From positions 1 to 43,051 of the forward strand of contig ADNK01000064.1 of the NCBI GenBank assembly GCA_000320545.1: 43,051 nucleotides of DNA, read 5' to 3'. This document shows positions 12,571 through 25,862 of the stretch, piece after piece. Both the position numbers and the translations under genes were made by a program. The notes below the pieces were generated by a model. It searched no databases. It was not told the origin of the DNA and saw only the letters and a list, made by a program, of their open reading frames with translations. This stretch comes from Bigelowiella natans CCMP2755. Its lineage: Eukaryota; Protista; Cercozoa. Positions within the stretch are counted from its first letter, which is position 1. Every line of letters starts with the position of its first letter.

Positions 12571-13666
12571 TATCTCGAATTTTTTGTTTTCTGCCACACA
12601 CAACAGAATATGCACATACGCAACACACGTATTAGATACAAACTCAATCAACATGTTATTTTCCTCGCCCATCCCTCTCTCCCTCCCTCCTAATTCGACA
12701 TTTCTCGGTTCAATCCTATCAAATGTACCACCACTTCAGTATCAAACGGAAACTAGCCTTCAGTCGCAACTGTCGCAACGCAAAATGCATACACTTTCCC
12801 GCCTTTTTATGGAACAAGTGAAACGAGAGAAAGAATGATCGAATAAATAAATTAATATTATTTCGGATAGTGCACCCGAGGAGATACATGCAATTCTCAA
12901 CATTTAAATCCAGACTCTCATGTCGCATACATCAAATAGATGGGTATTTCTTTCCCCGTACCTATAGGACTACATGTATAGGGGTACGGCTGTGGACCTC
13001 GTCGTCAATGAAAATGAAAAGCGCGCCGATTCGGTCAGCAATTAAGACTCACAAGATCTACCTTATTAAAATTATCTTCAGGGAACGGAGGTAACTAATT
13101 ACATTATTCATCTCTGAGCTTGCATCCACATTTTCTCATGGTCGCGTTAACATGAAAAGAAATGGATATGTTGAAAACTTGTGTCTGCCACAATTCCAAT
13201 CTTGATTTTGAGCCTGTCTGCTAAATTTGAGTTGTCGTATGTGAAAATCCAAATGGAGTAATGATTTTTCAACATCAGAGAAGTTGTCTCCATCTGGTTT
13301 CTGAATAATAAACTCTATTTTTAACACAGTTAATATTTGGTTAGCGACACAGTTTTGTAGCGTTTTTCAAAGGAATAAAGGCATGGTGTGAACATAACGA
13401 ATGGATATTTCAGCCAATATGTGCTTAATTTAATTTTATGACCTAAGATCAGTTGCATACGATTGCCAATTATTGTTAATCATATTCTTTTTTACGACAT
13501 CATAAAGATTGGAAATGTGTAGAAAATATACCCCATTCATGTCTGGATGTGTTAAGGGTGGTAGAAGAAGAAAATCTGGTACTTTGAAGTTCCGTCCAAC
13601 CCTAGCTGAGAAACTCAGGGAGAAGCTGTGCGAGCTCTTTCCTTCTGTAAAGGAAGAGGAGCCACG

Positions 13667-15544
13667 ATGGAGGTCGGACAACCATTGAGTAAGAAACGGA
13701 ACGCCTTTGAATACTCAACTTCCATCAATTTTAACTCTGGAGGGGAATGGTTGATCTTTTCTCGCGATAAATACAAGACTCTTCTTCTCGTGGTGATACT
13801 AATGGGTAACAACAGCATCACCAAACATATATCTTAGAGTCATTAGATTTTTAGTTTGAAAAAGTGAGGTAAACAATAATTCAATTTTAATGATGCTTTC
13901 AATGTTGGCGTATAATCTCAGCGATTGTCCATGGCTCCAATAGCGGCCTCCGACAGAAAAAAGATATTGCCCATCCTGTCAAACATGGTGCTAGGAGACA
14001 GGCTCTTCTTCATCATCCGAGTTTTCCTTCCATAGGTATGCTGCCTCTGATTTGTTACCCATCAAAAAAAAATTATAATACTCGCAACCATGTAGGATAT
14101 AGCCAGAGACGGTTGAAGGGCTTATCGGCTGAGAAACTTTTAAGCGTAGGACAACAAGATACCTTAGCATCTATCCAAAAATCTACAGCAACGAGGAATT
14201 CAGTTACTGAAGAAATAGCTGAAGGACTGTTGAAGGTAAATCAAACTGATGGGAATAACCAGTGTCACCACCAAAAGTTGTTAATAAACAAACAACAATT
14301 ATTTATTATCCTAGGCAATTCAAGGTGCATCTCCCACGCAGGGGTTAGACCCTGTAGCTTTAATCTGGAATCGTGATCTACTTGACAATATGGTAGTACG
14401 AAGAGGCCGTGATATCTGATATATCAATTTGGATTCTGTTGTTGGGTGGCGAAAAAACTAAAACTTTGCCTTCTTAAGGTTCAAATGGCTCATGGCACAG
14501 AACTCTTCAATTCTGTACTGCACGACACAGAAGTCAGAGTTCAGCAGATGTTACAAGATGACACAGAATTGCTTGCGCATTTGGGGAAAATGCAGATAAT
14601 AGGACGTGTGAAAACTCCAGAGTCGATTACCAGAAAAATCTTATTTAAATCAAATCAATGGAAAAAGAGAGAAACTTTTGGATTTTTTCCTGCGAATGAC
14701 AAAAAGAGGCATCATATTAGCAAGGTACACTCCCTATTCTGTAAACTTCGTTTTCATTCTGATGAAAATTGTCAAAAAAGGTGTATGATGTGGTTGGACT
14801 GCGAATAATTCTGGACTCGAACGAAATACCGAATGAAACTGGAGAAGAACGCGCAGCACGGGAGCTTCGAATGTGTTACAGAGTGCAGGAACTCATCAGT
14901 AGAAACTGGGAGACAATTCTATTTAGAGGAAAGGTGCCATGTGCGTTAAAATGATAGCTTATGGTAGTTTCACTATACTTCCCAATCATAGCTTTAATAA
15001 TCGCCCTGTTTCGTGTGTTTGTCTTCCAGGATTACATAGAAAAGCCCAAAGCTAATGGCTACCAATCCTTACATCTTACAGCTGTTGTCAATTACCACCT
15101 CACTAAGATCCCCGTAGAGTTCCAAATTAGAACTGCAGAAATGGAGAAATTTGCTAGCAACGGACCCGCCGCACATAATCGATACAAAGAAAATGTAATG
15201 GATGACCTCCTTTTCAACTCATTTCCTATCAATTCACCAAAGCAGACAAATCAGTATGATCACGATGGAGTTTCTGTAAACCAAAGTGAAACAGAGCCCC
15301 CCATCAAACAAAAGAAGAAACATAAGCGGCGGCGTTTCCCTAGAACTCGAAAACCAGCTTTGCAAACCAAAGGTACATTTATATTGAACAATTCACTAAT
15401 AATCATGGTTGTAACAGATGATATCGTTTAGGTTCAAGCAGAAAATCTAGATCTAAGGACAGATTGATTGCTGATGATTTAGAATATGTCTCCTGGTTAG
15501 CAACCGATGAGGAACAGAATGTGCCTTCATCTTTCCGTTTATGA
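13667..15544 (+). CDS. RSH: RelA/SpoT homolog ((p)ppGpp synthetase domain only), likely plastid-targeted
   Basis: Synthetase motifs GRVKTPESITRK, VYDVVGLRII, spliced FRGK/DYIEKPKANGYQSLH (RxKD type), VEFQIRT, AAHNRYKE. The spliced N-terminus has hydrophobic TLLLVVILM/AIVHG followed by a basic Ser-rich stretch. Start and stop are manual predictions. Confidence 0.85.
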
Positions 15545-16579
15545 AGGCAGACCTCTTTCCTAGATTTTAAGTCCAATTTACTAGCAACGGATAAAACGAC
15601 CCTATTTTCCATATCAGAGCACCTTTTTTGTTCTAAATCAAATGTACATAATTATTCTTCATTAATTGTATGTCCAGTCTTTTCTCGACAAATTTATCTC
15701 TTAGTCTCAGAAATCAATACAGTGTTTCGATGATAACAACATGTATAGAAATGTCACAAATTTGTGAAGGTGACATCATTGGAATCTTGACGAAACCTTA
15801 AAATATTAAGGTTCAGATTCTTTGAAATTAATAGATCTACGCTTATGTAATAAATTACCCAAAGTTGAATACTATTGTGCATAATAATCCAGTCCGACAA
15901 ACATACCCCCGTGTCCAAAATAGAACAGATACCCATGAAAATGATTGAAGTGTGTTGTAAAGTTGATAATGTTTATTCGTTCACACACCTATTCGATTCA
16001 AGTATGTTATCAATTAATACAGTCATATTCTATAAAAAATATACGCACGATGTCTTTGATCGCGGTATAAAAGGAGCAATGAGCACATCTAGGATGAGCT
16101 GCGCATACTAGCATAGCATGTAACCCCAGCAAGGCGTAGTTCTCATTACGAGATGGATATATACAATGAACAAGTTAAATCTGTTCAATTGAATCCTGAT
16201 GTAGCTAGATGTGCAAAGCTAAGGCTACAGTAAGACAGCGCTCAAATTGTGAATAGACAAAGCTAGAAAGTTTCTTTACAGTGACAATTGCATGATGTCA
16301 ATGATGCATTGCTTGGATGCCACTGCTTTAGTCTTATTAGGTTGATGGGAACAACAGAACAGAAACCTCGGCTATCACGACCAAGCTAGGAAGTTTCAGC
16401 AGTATAAATTCTAAGCACTTTAGCCGCAGCTCTGTGCAGCTACATTAGGATGGCTATTGAAAAAATGTAATTATTTCATTACATCCGTCTCATAAATTCT
16501 ATGCATGACGTAAATACGAAAATATGTGATAATATGCCCGAAGCGAGCTTCACTACTGACATACGATATGAATTCTCAT

Positions 16580-17991
16580 CTAAATGCGCTGCCGATGCCA
16601 TGCTCCAGCGGAAGCATAACCCATCTCGTAATAATTCCACAATTCCTTTTTGGACCAAAATTTAGTCAGGATGAGAAACGCCAGCTGTTATTGACATAAT
16701 TTAATACAACCTTGGTAGACGGGGGCATGAACGAATCCCTATTTAGTAATGGTTTAGTTAGATCATATTTATTCAACATCTTACAGCAACTCAACCCACC
16801 TTAGGGTTTTGGCGAAGTTTGGAACATGATGATAGTCAACGCCCCCGTTAGATGACAGTAAGTCAGGGGTAATATGCACATCCGATGCTATCAATCTCGC
16901 CGGGTGGAACTATCACACGAAGCTACGAAATCAGTATCGGTACTATCGACAGTGTCAATTTTTCCTTCTCACCTTCCTAGCATTTTCGCCGGTTCCTGAA
17001 ATTGAATTTATAGCAGCAGGTATTGTACAGATGTATCCATCAAAATTTATTCGACATATTGGTAAGTATTATTTTTACTGAAAGTTGTATCACAACCTGG
17101 AAATGGACATATCGTGGTGGAATTTTTGAAAATAGGCACCGCATTGACCAAACCACCATCAACGACTCTGATTCAATTAGTAAATAGTGAGGTATGTTTC
17201 CAACGTGAAGTGTTTTGATTTTACATTTCATTTCGAAACTTCGTCGCCAACGATGGGCCAAGGTACAAAGGAATATATGAAGATGCCAGCTAAGTTAGAA
17301 ATACTGTTCTCATTTCCACTGTTTTCGTTTTTTATGTCTTCAACGTTGCTGTTATAACTAGGCATATCTGCTTTTCAAACTCAAGTGTTTTTCTCAGACT
17401 GTTTCTATCGATTTATTGCTTTGCTATTTTATCTAATGAGTCATGTACCAATGCCTCGACCATTTCCTCATTAGATTCGAAATTCGAAACAAGTTCTGCA
17501 CGGAACTATAATCGAAGAGTGGTTAGTCTTATTTTGCTTAATAAACAGAAATGTGTCCAAATAATAATACCATCTTTCTTGGATCCAGAGGCAAAATTGC
17601 GATGTGTAGTTTGTTGCCAACAATTGACCAAGCTTCTTCAGGTAAGAGGGCTACAAATTAAACATTTCTTCCGGTATCATCCATATTCTATCGTTGTCGG
17701 TGTTATGTACATAATCCATTCTTCTATTTATTACCAAGAAATCTCCGCCTCATTTCAGTCTCAAGTATCCCCAATCCAATATGCTGAGCTCTATACCTGA
17801 AAATGCAACTTCTTCAGATCTCTATTCATAACGTTTCATTATTGCCCAACCATTCGGCTAGTTCGAGAACGGTTTTCATTATTTCATTGGAACTGAATCC
17901 ACAACACATTGCGGTTGCCTATCAGGTAGAGGAACACGGGTAAGAGGCATGGCAAAGAAGGAGAGAGAGAAACGTTGTTAGTACATTCTCA

Positions 17992-18078
<87 letters not shown>

Positions 18079-18413
18079 CAAAAATTAGCATCGAACCACA
18101 AGAGCTCCCCCGGACGCTCCAGCATATTGAGTGTTGCAGTGAACGTATCCCATATCTGAGAACAGGAATAATAGCCCACCATTAATGTTCATACCAATTC
18201 TAGACATTTGTCGCTCTCAGTCTTAATATTACCCTTCAATGATTGGCAGGCACCAACATGGAAAGGTAGCAGCCACCCTGAGCCGCTAAGCGCCACTTTT
18301 GGCAGGAGATTTCCTCCATTACTTCGTGGTGTGCTTGCTTTATTGCATAAAGATCTTGGTGAACATTTTATTCTCGATCCTTTACGAAGGGTGCAAGAAA
18401 TTGCGCTCCTCAT
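16580..18413 (-). CDS. Patatin-like phospholipase/lipase (PNPLA/ATGL-type)
   Basis: Oxyanion loop ALSGSGWLLPFHVG, nucleophile elbow YAGASGGALV (~18100-18125), LLPEEAWSIVGNKLHIAI, LASSYIP, VVDGGL (17152-17160), terminal ELWNYYEMGY..RI* ending at 16580. Confidence 0.88.
17993..18074 (+). repeat. Compound (AC)n-(AT)n microsatellite, intronic in the patatin gene
   Basis: Directly visible. Confidence 0.95.
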
Positions 18414-18908
18414 ATACGAGCCCCTCTCTCCAGAAGTACTAATTCTGTAGATGTTAGTATCTCTTCACTTTTGACCACGTGGGGCCTACGTCATTCATTC
18501 GCTAGTCAGGTCGTCCTGAATGATGATGAGATACATCGAGTAAGATCGATCGATAAATATGGCAACAATTACAACAACAACAACAATCGAATGTTGTCCA
18601 ACTAGGAGAAATAAAAGGTGGTCGTGATAACAACAAAAACAACAAATATGGCAACAAACAATTAGAAACAATTGCAGATTTAATGGATTTTTCAGTAATT
18701 CTTACACTCACGGAAGGCGGGAAGCAGTACCTTCAACAGTGCGCGCCTTGCGATATATTCGTTGCGGTACCGAGAAGAATTCAGAGAAATACATGGAAAT
18801 GGATGCCATTTTCATTCGAAAATTGGACAATTAAGTCAGATCGAAAGAACACAACTGATCCATCACACAAGCTCATCAAGGCCCCCATCGCTTCGCCTCA
18901 AAACAAAA

Positions 18909-21907
18909 ATGGTACTGATTGTTACTTTGCATTCAATCCGAACGTGGCAATATTGACTTCTTCCTTTATAGAGTTCCGGTTTGGACACCATAGCGAACCA
19001 CCTCAGTGCTGTGTCTTCGGGAGATGTTAAACGAATAGAGCAGGGTAAACTATGATCACATTAGTTGAAAGGAAATTATTCTCACATTTTTTTTCCTTAG
19101 CTCAAGTTTGGCTGAAGCAAGCGGAAAATCAGCCACGATTCGGTGTTCTCCTCTTGGAACTTTGTACTGTCAAAAAGTATCCCATGCCGATTCGACAATC
19201 AGGAGCGATCCAATTTAAAAATTTTGTGAAAAATTATTGGAAAGTGGAAGAAGATGAAAAGAATCGTATTGGAAATGATGAGAGGCAAAAGATAAAGTCT
19301 GTGGTGACACAAGTCATGTTATCCAGCGAGCCACAGATTAGAAGACAGCTTGGCGAAGCCATCAAACTTATCTGCAAGGAAGACTTTCCCGCGAAGTGGA
19401 AGGATTTCCTTCCGGGCATTGTGAAACGTTTGAACACAAATGACCCTGGAGTTATCTACACTATTCTGGAAGTTATTGCAAACGTAGTCTATCGCTACAG
19501 GCACGAAGGTGTTTCAAATAGACTCTGGGCTGAAGTCAAATTTGTTTGTGAGACATTCATGAAGCCTCTGTTGGGTTTACTGAAGAATCTAACGGGGTTA
19601 ATCCCGAAAAATCAGCAGAATGGGCAGGTGCTGGAACAAATATTCATGTGCTTGGACCAGATCTGTCAAATCTTTTACTCAATGACTGCCCAGGATATCT
19701 ATTCATTCGTCCAAGACAATATGGATGGATTCTTCACACCATTCCTGAATCTTCTGGGGTACAAAAATGAACTCCTAGCACCTGATATGGAGGATGAGGC
19801 AGGATTGCTAGAGAAAACTCAGGCTGGAGTAATAGACATTGCGCGAATGTATACAGACAAGTACGATGAAGATTTTAATCCTGCGTGGGTCTCTAAATTT
19901 GTATCTAGCACTTGGAGCCTTCTTATTAAAACAAATGAATCTGGAAGATATGACCAGCTTGTACCAACAGCAATCAAATTTCTCACTTCTGTTGTCGAGA
20001 AAGAATGGCATAAGAAAAATTTTGGAAATCCAAAGGCTATTAAAGATTTCACAGAGAAGGTTATTATCCCACAGCTCAAACTCAAGCCTGGTGATATGGA
20101 AAATTTCCAAAGCAATGGGCTTGAATATGTTCGCAGAGATATGGAGGGCTCAGATGTAGACACTCGGAGAAGAACAACAATAAATTTTGTTCGAGGTCTC
20201 TGCAAATACTTCGAAAAAGAAGTCACCCAAATTCTCAAAAGCTACGTGGAATCACTTTTGAAACAGTATCAAAGTGACCAGGCAAAAAATTGGATGCAGA
20301 AAGACGTAGCAATGTACATCTCAATGGCACTTGCTATTCGGGGCTCCACAAGAATGAAGGGCGCCACAAAATTAAACGAATTCTTCGATGTCATGGGATT
20401 TTTCAAATCACAAGTATTGCCTGAACTCAAGTCCCAAAGTAGCCATCCTGTCTTAAAGGCGGATTCTCTGAAGTTTATTGTGACATTTCGCTCGCAGCTT
20501 CCACTTGAAGCCTACAAGAGCCTAATTGAATTGATTGCACAACATCTCAAGCATGATAGTTATGTGGTTCACACCTATGCTGCAGCATGCATTGAACGCA
20601 TTCTTGCTGTAAAGGATAATGGGAAGACAAGATTCAACAAGGCCCATTTCAAACCATATATTAAGCCCATTCTCCCGCTTTTGTTCAATATATTTGAGAA
20701 ACGAGGCTCGGAAGAGAATGAGTACGCTATGAAAGCTATATTTCGCGTCTGCACGGTTGGGGAGGAACACCTGGCTCAGGTTGCTGCAACGGTTATTCAA
20801 AGCATTACCGGAATTCTATCAAAAGTTGCAAAGAATCCCCGAATGCCAAACTTTAACCATTACCTCTTTGAAACTCTAGCTTGTCTTGTGAAAAATATTT
20901 GTAACGCTCATCCTAAAGCTATCGCTACTTTTGAGAAAGCTCTCTTCCCCCCCTTCAATACGATGCTCGGAATGGAAACTTGCCGTGAATTCGGCCCATA
21001 CGTATTTCAGATCCTAGCCCAACTTCTAGAAATGCACAAAGAACTAACTCAACCATTCAAGAATATATTTGCATCACTGTTACACCCAGCTATGTGGGCT
21101 GAAAAAGGCAACATCCCTGCAATGATTCGGTTGCTTGTCGCATACTTGAGGGTGGACTACAGGGTGGTCGGCGAAAAATTGGAAGGTTTGTTGGGCATAT
21201 TCCAGAAGCTATTAGCAAAGAAAAGAGACGATCATTTCGGGATGGCTTTGATCAGTGCAATCGTAGAAAAGATTCCGATTAAATTGTGGAAACAATATGC
21301 TAAGGCATTCATCCAAATGATGTTCATGAGGCTGAAAAACTCTGCAACACCAAAGTTCACTCGCAACTTCGTCAGTTTTGCCGGGTTCTTCTGCCACAAA
21401 CATGGAGCAGACTCATTCGTAGAAATTTGTGAAGAAGTGAATAAAGGAATATTCTCGAACCTTCTGCAGAAGATTCTGATTCCTAATATTGAGAAGGTGG
21501 ATGGGAAGACGGAAAGAAAGAGTTGCGCAGTGGGCATGACAGACCTCCTATGCAAATCGAAGACAATGGTATCAGGAGACTACCCAAGAATCTGGCCTCA
21601 ACTTTTGAAAGCTATAATTAATCTTTTCGAAATTCCCGAACAGACCTACACTTTAGAAGAAGACATTATGGATATTTCTGAACGCGGCTTTAAGACAGCC
21701 TATTGTCGTTTAGCCGCCTCGGCAGAGAAAAAATATGATCCACTTGCTGATGTACCGAATGTTAAACAGTATCTGGCCTTATCTCTTAGTCAATTATCGC
21801 AGCAATACCCCGGGAAAATCAAAGCTGCCATAGGCAAAGGACTACCTGCAGATCATCAGGGTGCACTAAAACGATATCTTTCTCAAGCAAACGCAACGAT
21901 AGCCTAA
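18909..21907 (+). CDS. CSE1: Exportin-2 (importin-alpha export receptor); exons 18909-18911, 18972-19044, 19101-21907
   Basis: 951-aa ORF with IBN_N (GAIQFKNFVKNYW), DFPAKW, EYVRRDMEGSDVDTRRR, HTYAAACIERIL, ENEYAMKAIFR, NPRMPNFNHYLFE motifs. Splicing gives M/SSGLDTIANHLSAV...EQ/AQVWLKQAE via two GT-AG introns. Confidence 0.95.
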
Positions 21908-22139
21908 TCTAGATGAGATCGGAAAATGTGAGAACCAGATGATAAATAGAACTTAGCTTGATATTCGCAGCTTGCTCCAACGGAGCATACCGTTGAAAAT
22001 CTAGTAACTTAGCGAGGCACCATGAATAGGTTTGTAGCAGCTCATGGATGTAAACATGACAGCATGCTCTTTTTATCAACATTTTATAATAATCACTCAA
22101 ACTACTAAGGAAAAGGTGTTGACATGTCATTTATTTTTG

Positions 22140-23400
22140 GATAACAATTGTTGCGCATATCTAGATATGCAGGACAGGTGGCATTTGTATCTAGATGTAA
22201 TGCGTTTTCAAGACTCAAAATAACATATTATTGGCACACTAGCACACGACGTCCTCGCTAGCTTGCAGATGTAATATTAGCTCATCGCCACGCTATCTAG
22301 CTATGTCTAGCTAGCTAGATGTATCTAGAGGTCACGATGTGAAAACGCTAGTACGAGCGACATCGAGACGTGCTAGCATCATTGTCTATATGGCCATATC
22401 TGACCATGAGCATGCTAGCATGCTATGTGATCAAATCTTTAAAATTCATGTCAAATGTGAGATAGATCTGCTAGCTAGCTAGCTAGCGAGCGGATGTATT
22501 GAATCTTTTCAATTTTTGCTACTCCATAGTACTCACACTACTAGACTAATGACATGCTAGCATGCTAGCATGGCATCGCATGCGATGCTACGCTACCATG
22601 CAAACTAGCGATCTGCAACGCTCATGCAATACGTGCGCATCCATTTGTTTCAGCACATGCTTAGTGCTATCTAGCCATGCACTAGCTAGCTAGCGCATGC
22701 ATGGCTAGCTAGCTAAATGGCTAGACGGGCAGATCTGAGATGGCCATCATGGCTAGCTAGATGGCTGTCAAGCTGTGTAAATTAGCAATGCAGCGCGCGC
22801 TAGAGCGGCTGCAGCTCGACGCAGTGCCACAAACGTCTAGACGTTTCTAGATTGAACCCATTTGTCTTCGCGGCTGGTGCGATGTGTCATTTCATGCAGT
22901 CAAATGAAATGCGCAGCACGTTGCTTCGGTCTTGAATGCATGGATAATAATATGGCGCGCATTTCGCGCAGCAGTGCATGCGTGCTAGCGTTTCCTTCTC
23001 ACATACATGCTCATCGCAAGTCAATCTTTTCGTTTCGTCGTCACGCATCACGATGTTAGCATGGCTGCTAGTAGCTATATAGCAGTGAGCTGATTCCTCA
23101 AGCGGCGTTGATGTGTGGTGTGCAATGGGCAAGAAATGTCAAACGTAGTAGATTTGGCAGCGATTGGGCACGTGTGATGAATTCTAGACAAACATGCACA
23201 ATCAAAACCAAACAAATCTAGAACTTTGCAACTGAGGTCTCTGCAAGTGCAACCTGTCTTCCACCCCAGCAGGCATCATATCATCAAATGTGCACATCAA
23301 TGGATCGATGCGCATGCTACGTGTGGCTCATCATCACATTCAGCAGGCGTTACGGTGTTCATAGCAAATTAGATGCACAACTACGACATCGCACAGCGCT
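22140..23400. other. Palindrome-dense intergenic island between the convergent CSE1 and USP genes
   Basis: Perfect palindromes at 22155-22170, 22388-22399, 22409-22424, 22470-22487, 22553-22572, 22573-22588, 22831-22846. CTAG/CATG/TGCA-rich. Confidence 0.85.
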
Positions 23401-23549
23401 GAAGTTTTTACTGAGCCAAACCGTTATCTGCTGCCAATTCTTTTCCTAGTTTTATGCCATATTTTCCATGTCCACCCTTGTTCTCCGAAGTCGCGATTAG
23501 TCCCATTCTCTCTCGCTTTCCCTCGGTCTTATCTTCTACCTTTTCGCAT

Positions 23550-24129
23550 TTATTTTTTTTCAAGCCTCGAGAACGTATTAGGTTTCAAGCAAAGACGGGG
23601 CGAAGAAACCTAAACATAACCATAAAATATAACCACAATGCTTTGATCGTATGCAATAATTCAGGATGATGGCGCATTATACCACCGACTAATAATGATA
23701 ATACCTCAAGAACTTCATCCCACTGATCGGCGTGATTGACATAATGAATTTCAACCAAATGTCCTCTGATACCCACGATCTGATTATGGCAACGAGGAAG
23801 AGCGATTTGTGGGAAGCGTAACTACTATTTTTCTCATTCATTATCATGCGTTATTACGCTACTATTATATATTCAACGGCTACTACTCGACTTCTACTCC
23901 TACCGCTACTGCCCTACTGCTGCTACTACCACTACTACTACTACTACTACTACCTCTGCAAGCAACCACTTCCTGATAGTATCTTGAACGTCTACATGCT
24001 GACCACACTGAATGATTGATAACAAAAACGTTCCAACATCATTTAGAATGGAAGCTGCTGCTGCTGTTGCTGCTGCTAGTGGTGGTGGTTGAGTTATCAA
24101 ACACCATGCTTGATATTTCTCATCTTGAG

Positions 24130-24177
<48 letters not shown>

Positions 24178-25821
24178 GTAGTAGTTCCGTCCCCCAACAA
24201 CACCACCTTCCTTCTCCTTCCCCTCCCCCCTCCCCTCCCCTGCCGCCCTTCCTCTTCCTTTTCCACACTACTACTACTAGTAGTTTACCTTGAGATCCGT
24301 TGTGGATCGATTTTGACGGTCTTCATCACTATCATATCCAGAGCTCTCTTTCTTCTCGTCAGGTACTGTACCGCTGCCATATATACCTACAATCATAGCA
24401 CAGTACAGATAGCAGCAGGGGGGTAATTAAAAAAAAACCACCAGTGTTTAGAACGTCTAATTATGCCATCATTGATAAAGTAGGAGTAGTGGTAGTGTTG
24501 GCAGCAGTAATTATTGGTGCTACCTATCCGTGGAGGTGATTATTATTATTATTAGCAAGTAGTGTAGCGAAAGTAGAATCTAAATACTAATTCGAAACTG
24601 GAATATAAAAACTAATACAAATGAAACAAACGTTTCCTCAACCGCCCCCCCCCTCCCCCCACACTATAGACAAAGTGTTAGTATAATGGTTATTGTTGGT
24701 CCCCCCCCCTTTCTCTGACCTTTTCCTTCCAGGATTGTTTCAATATTCTTAATCTTTTCAGATATTGGCCGGCCTAAATATACACAATTATCATCATTAT
24801 CATGTATCTATTTGTAGTGGTAGATGTAGCAGTAGCAGTAGTAGTAGTTTAGTGTGAGGGCAAGAGCGGAAACAAGCAATAGACAGTAGTAAGTAGTGCG
24901 GAGATTTATTAAGCATGATGCGATATAATGATACATAAGAAGCGTTTTTTAATTTTTTAAATTTCTTAGAGCAGGTTTCTTACTACTTACCGTATGTTGC
25001 GTATTTGGACGTCATTGTGTAAACCATTCCCATTGTAGCTGGTTTGTACTGTGATCTTAGTTTTGTCTGCACAATCACCTGATGAGATGATGTTGATGAT
25101 CTATCAGATGATGAGAGGATTGTGAGATCATGATGACGGGGAAACATTCTGTTGCTGCTAATCATCATCATCATCATTATCCACCGCCTATCCATCATCG
25201 TCATCGTCATCGTCATCATCATCATCATCCACCGCCTATTCATCCACCAACAACTCACTATTTTTTGCTTCCCAAAACCAAAGAACGCTCACAGGCACAA
25301 TCAGAATGATACCCCATCTCATTATCACGATCGTATGCAATGATTAGACGATGTTGAGAATTCATGGCAGCATAGGGATACAATCGATAATGATATAGAA
25401 ATGCATGTAATGCATCATTACGGAGATATGATATGGCCGGTCTTTCCTCGAGTAGTCTAGTTGTAGCTACAACATAACAGATTAGTATTTAACAAAAAAT
25501 TCTCAATGATTTACACTCGAACGTACACACGCGCTTAGAAAGCACACACACCCATACACGTGCATTTACTCTATGTTCCTTATTTTATGTGTCAGCCTTT
25601 TTTCGAGGATTATGCACTCATGGTATTGAAATTGTGATTGTAGTAACCCCAGCTTCCATTGCAAGCTTTGTGGATGGATACTTGTTGAAAAACTCAACAA
25701 GTCTGATGATAAAAAATTATTCATTGTCAGTAATCATTGTTTATTTTCAATATAAGATGTGCTGTTCTTCTCCATCGTCATGCTGCACCATTTTATGTGC
25801 TTGAGGTCTTCCTGAGCTGCT

Positions 25822-25862
<41 letters not shown>

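Noticed and set aside
18502-18711. Poly-Cys ORF as patatin N-terminus
   Set aside because: It starts at GTG with no ATG in frame, and the Cys run is a (TTG)n repeat. The ATG at 18413 is more plausible.
18683-19100. ORF 18683-19030 and the first 16 residues of ORF 19052 as the CSE1 start
   Set aside because: Canonical splicing from ATG 18909 gives a better CSE1-like N-terminus. 19045-19100 is an intron.
19234-21555. Antisense and alternate-frame ORFs over CSE1 (likewise over NCAPG2 and the USP exons)
   Set aside because: They are shadow ORFs of long coding sequence.
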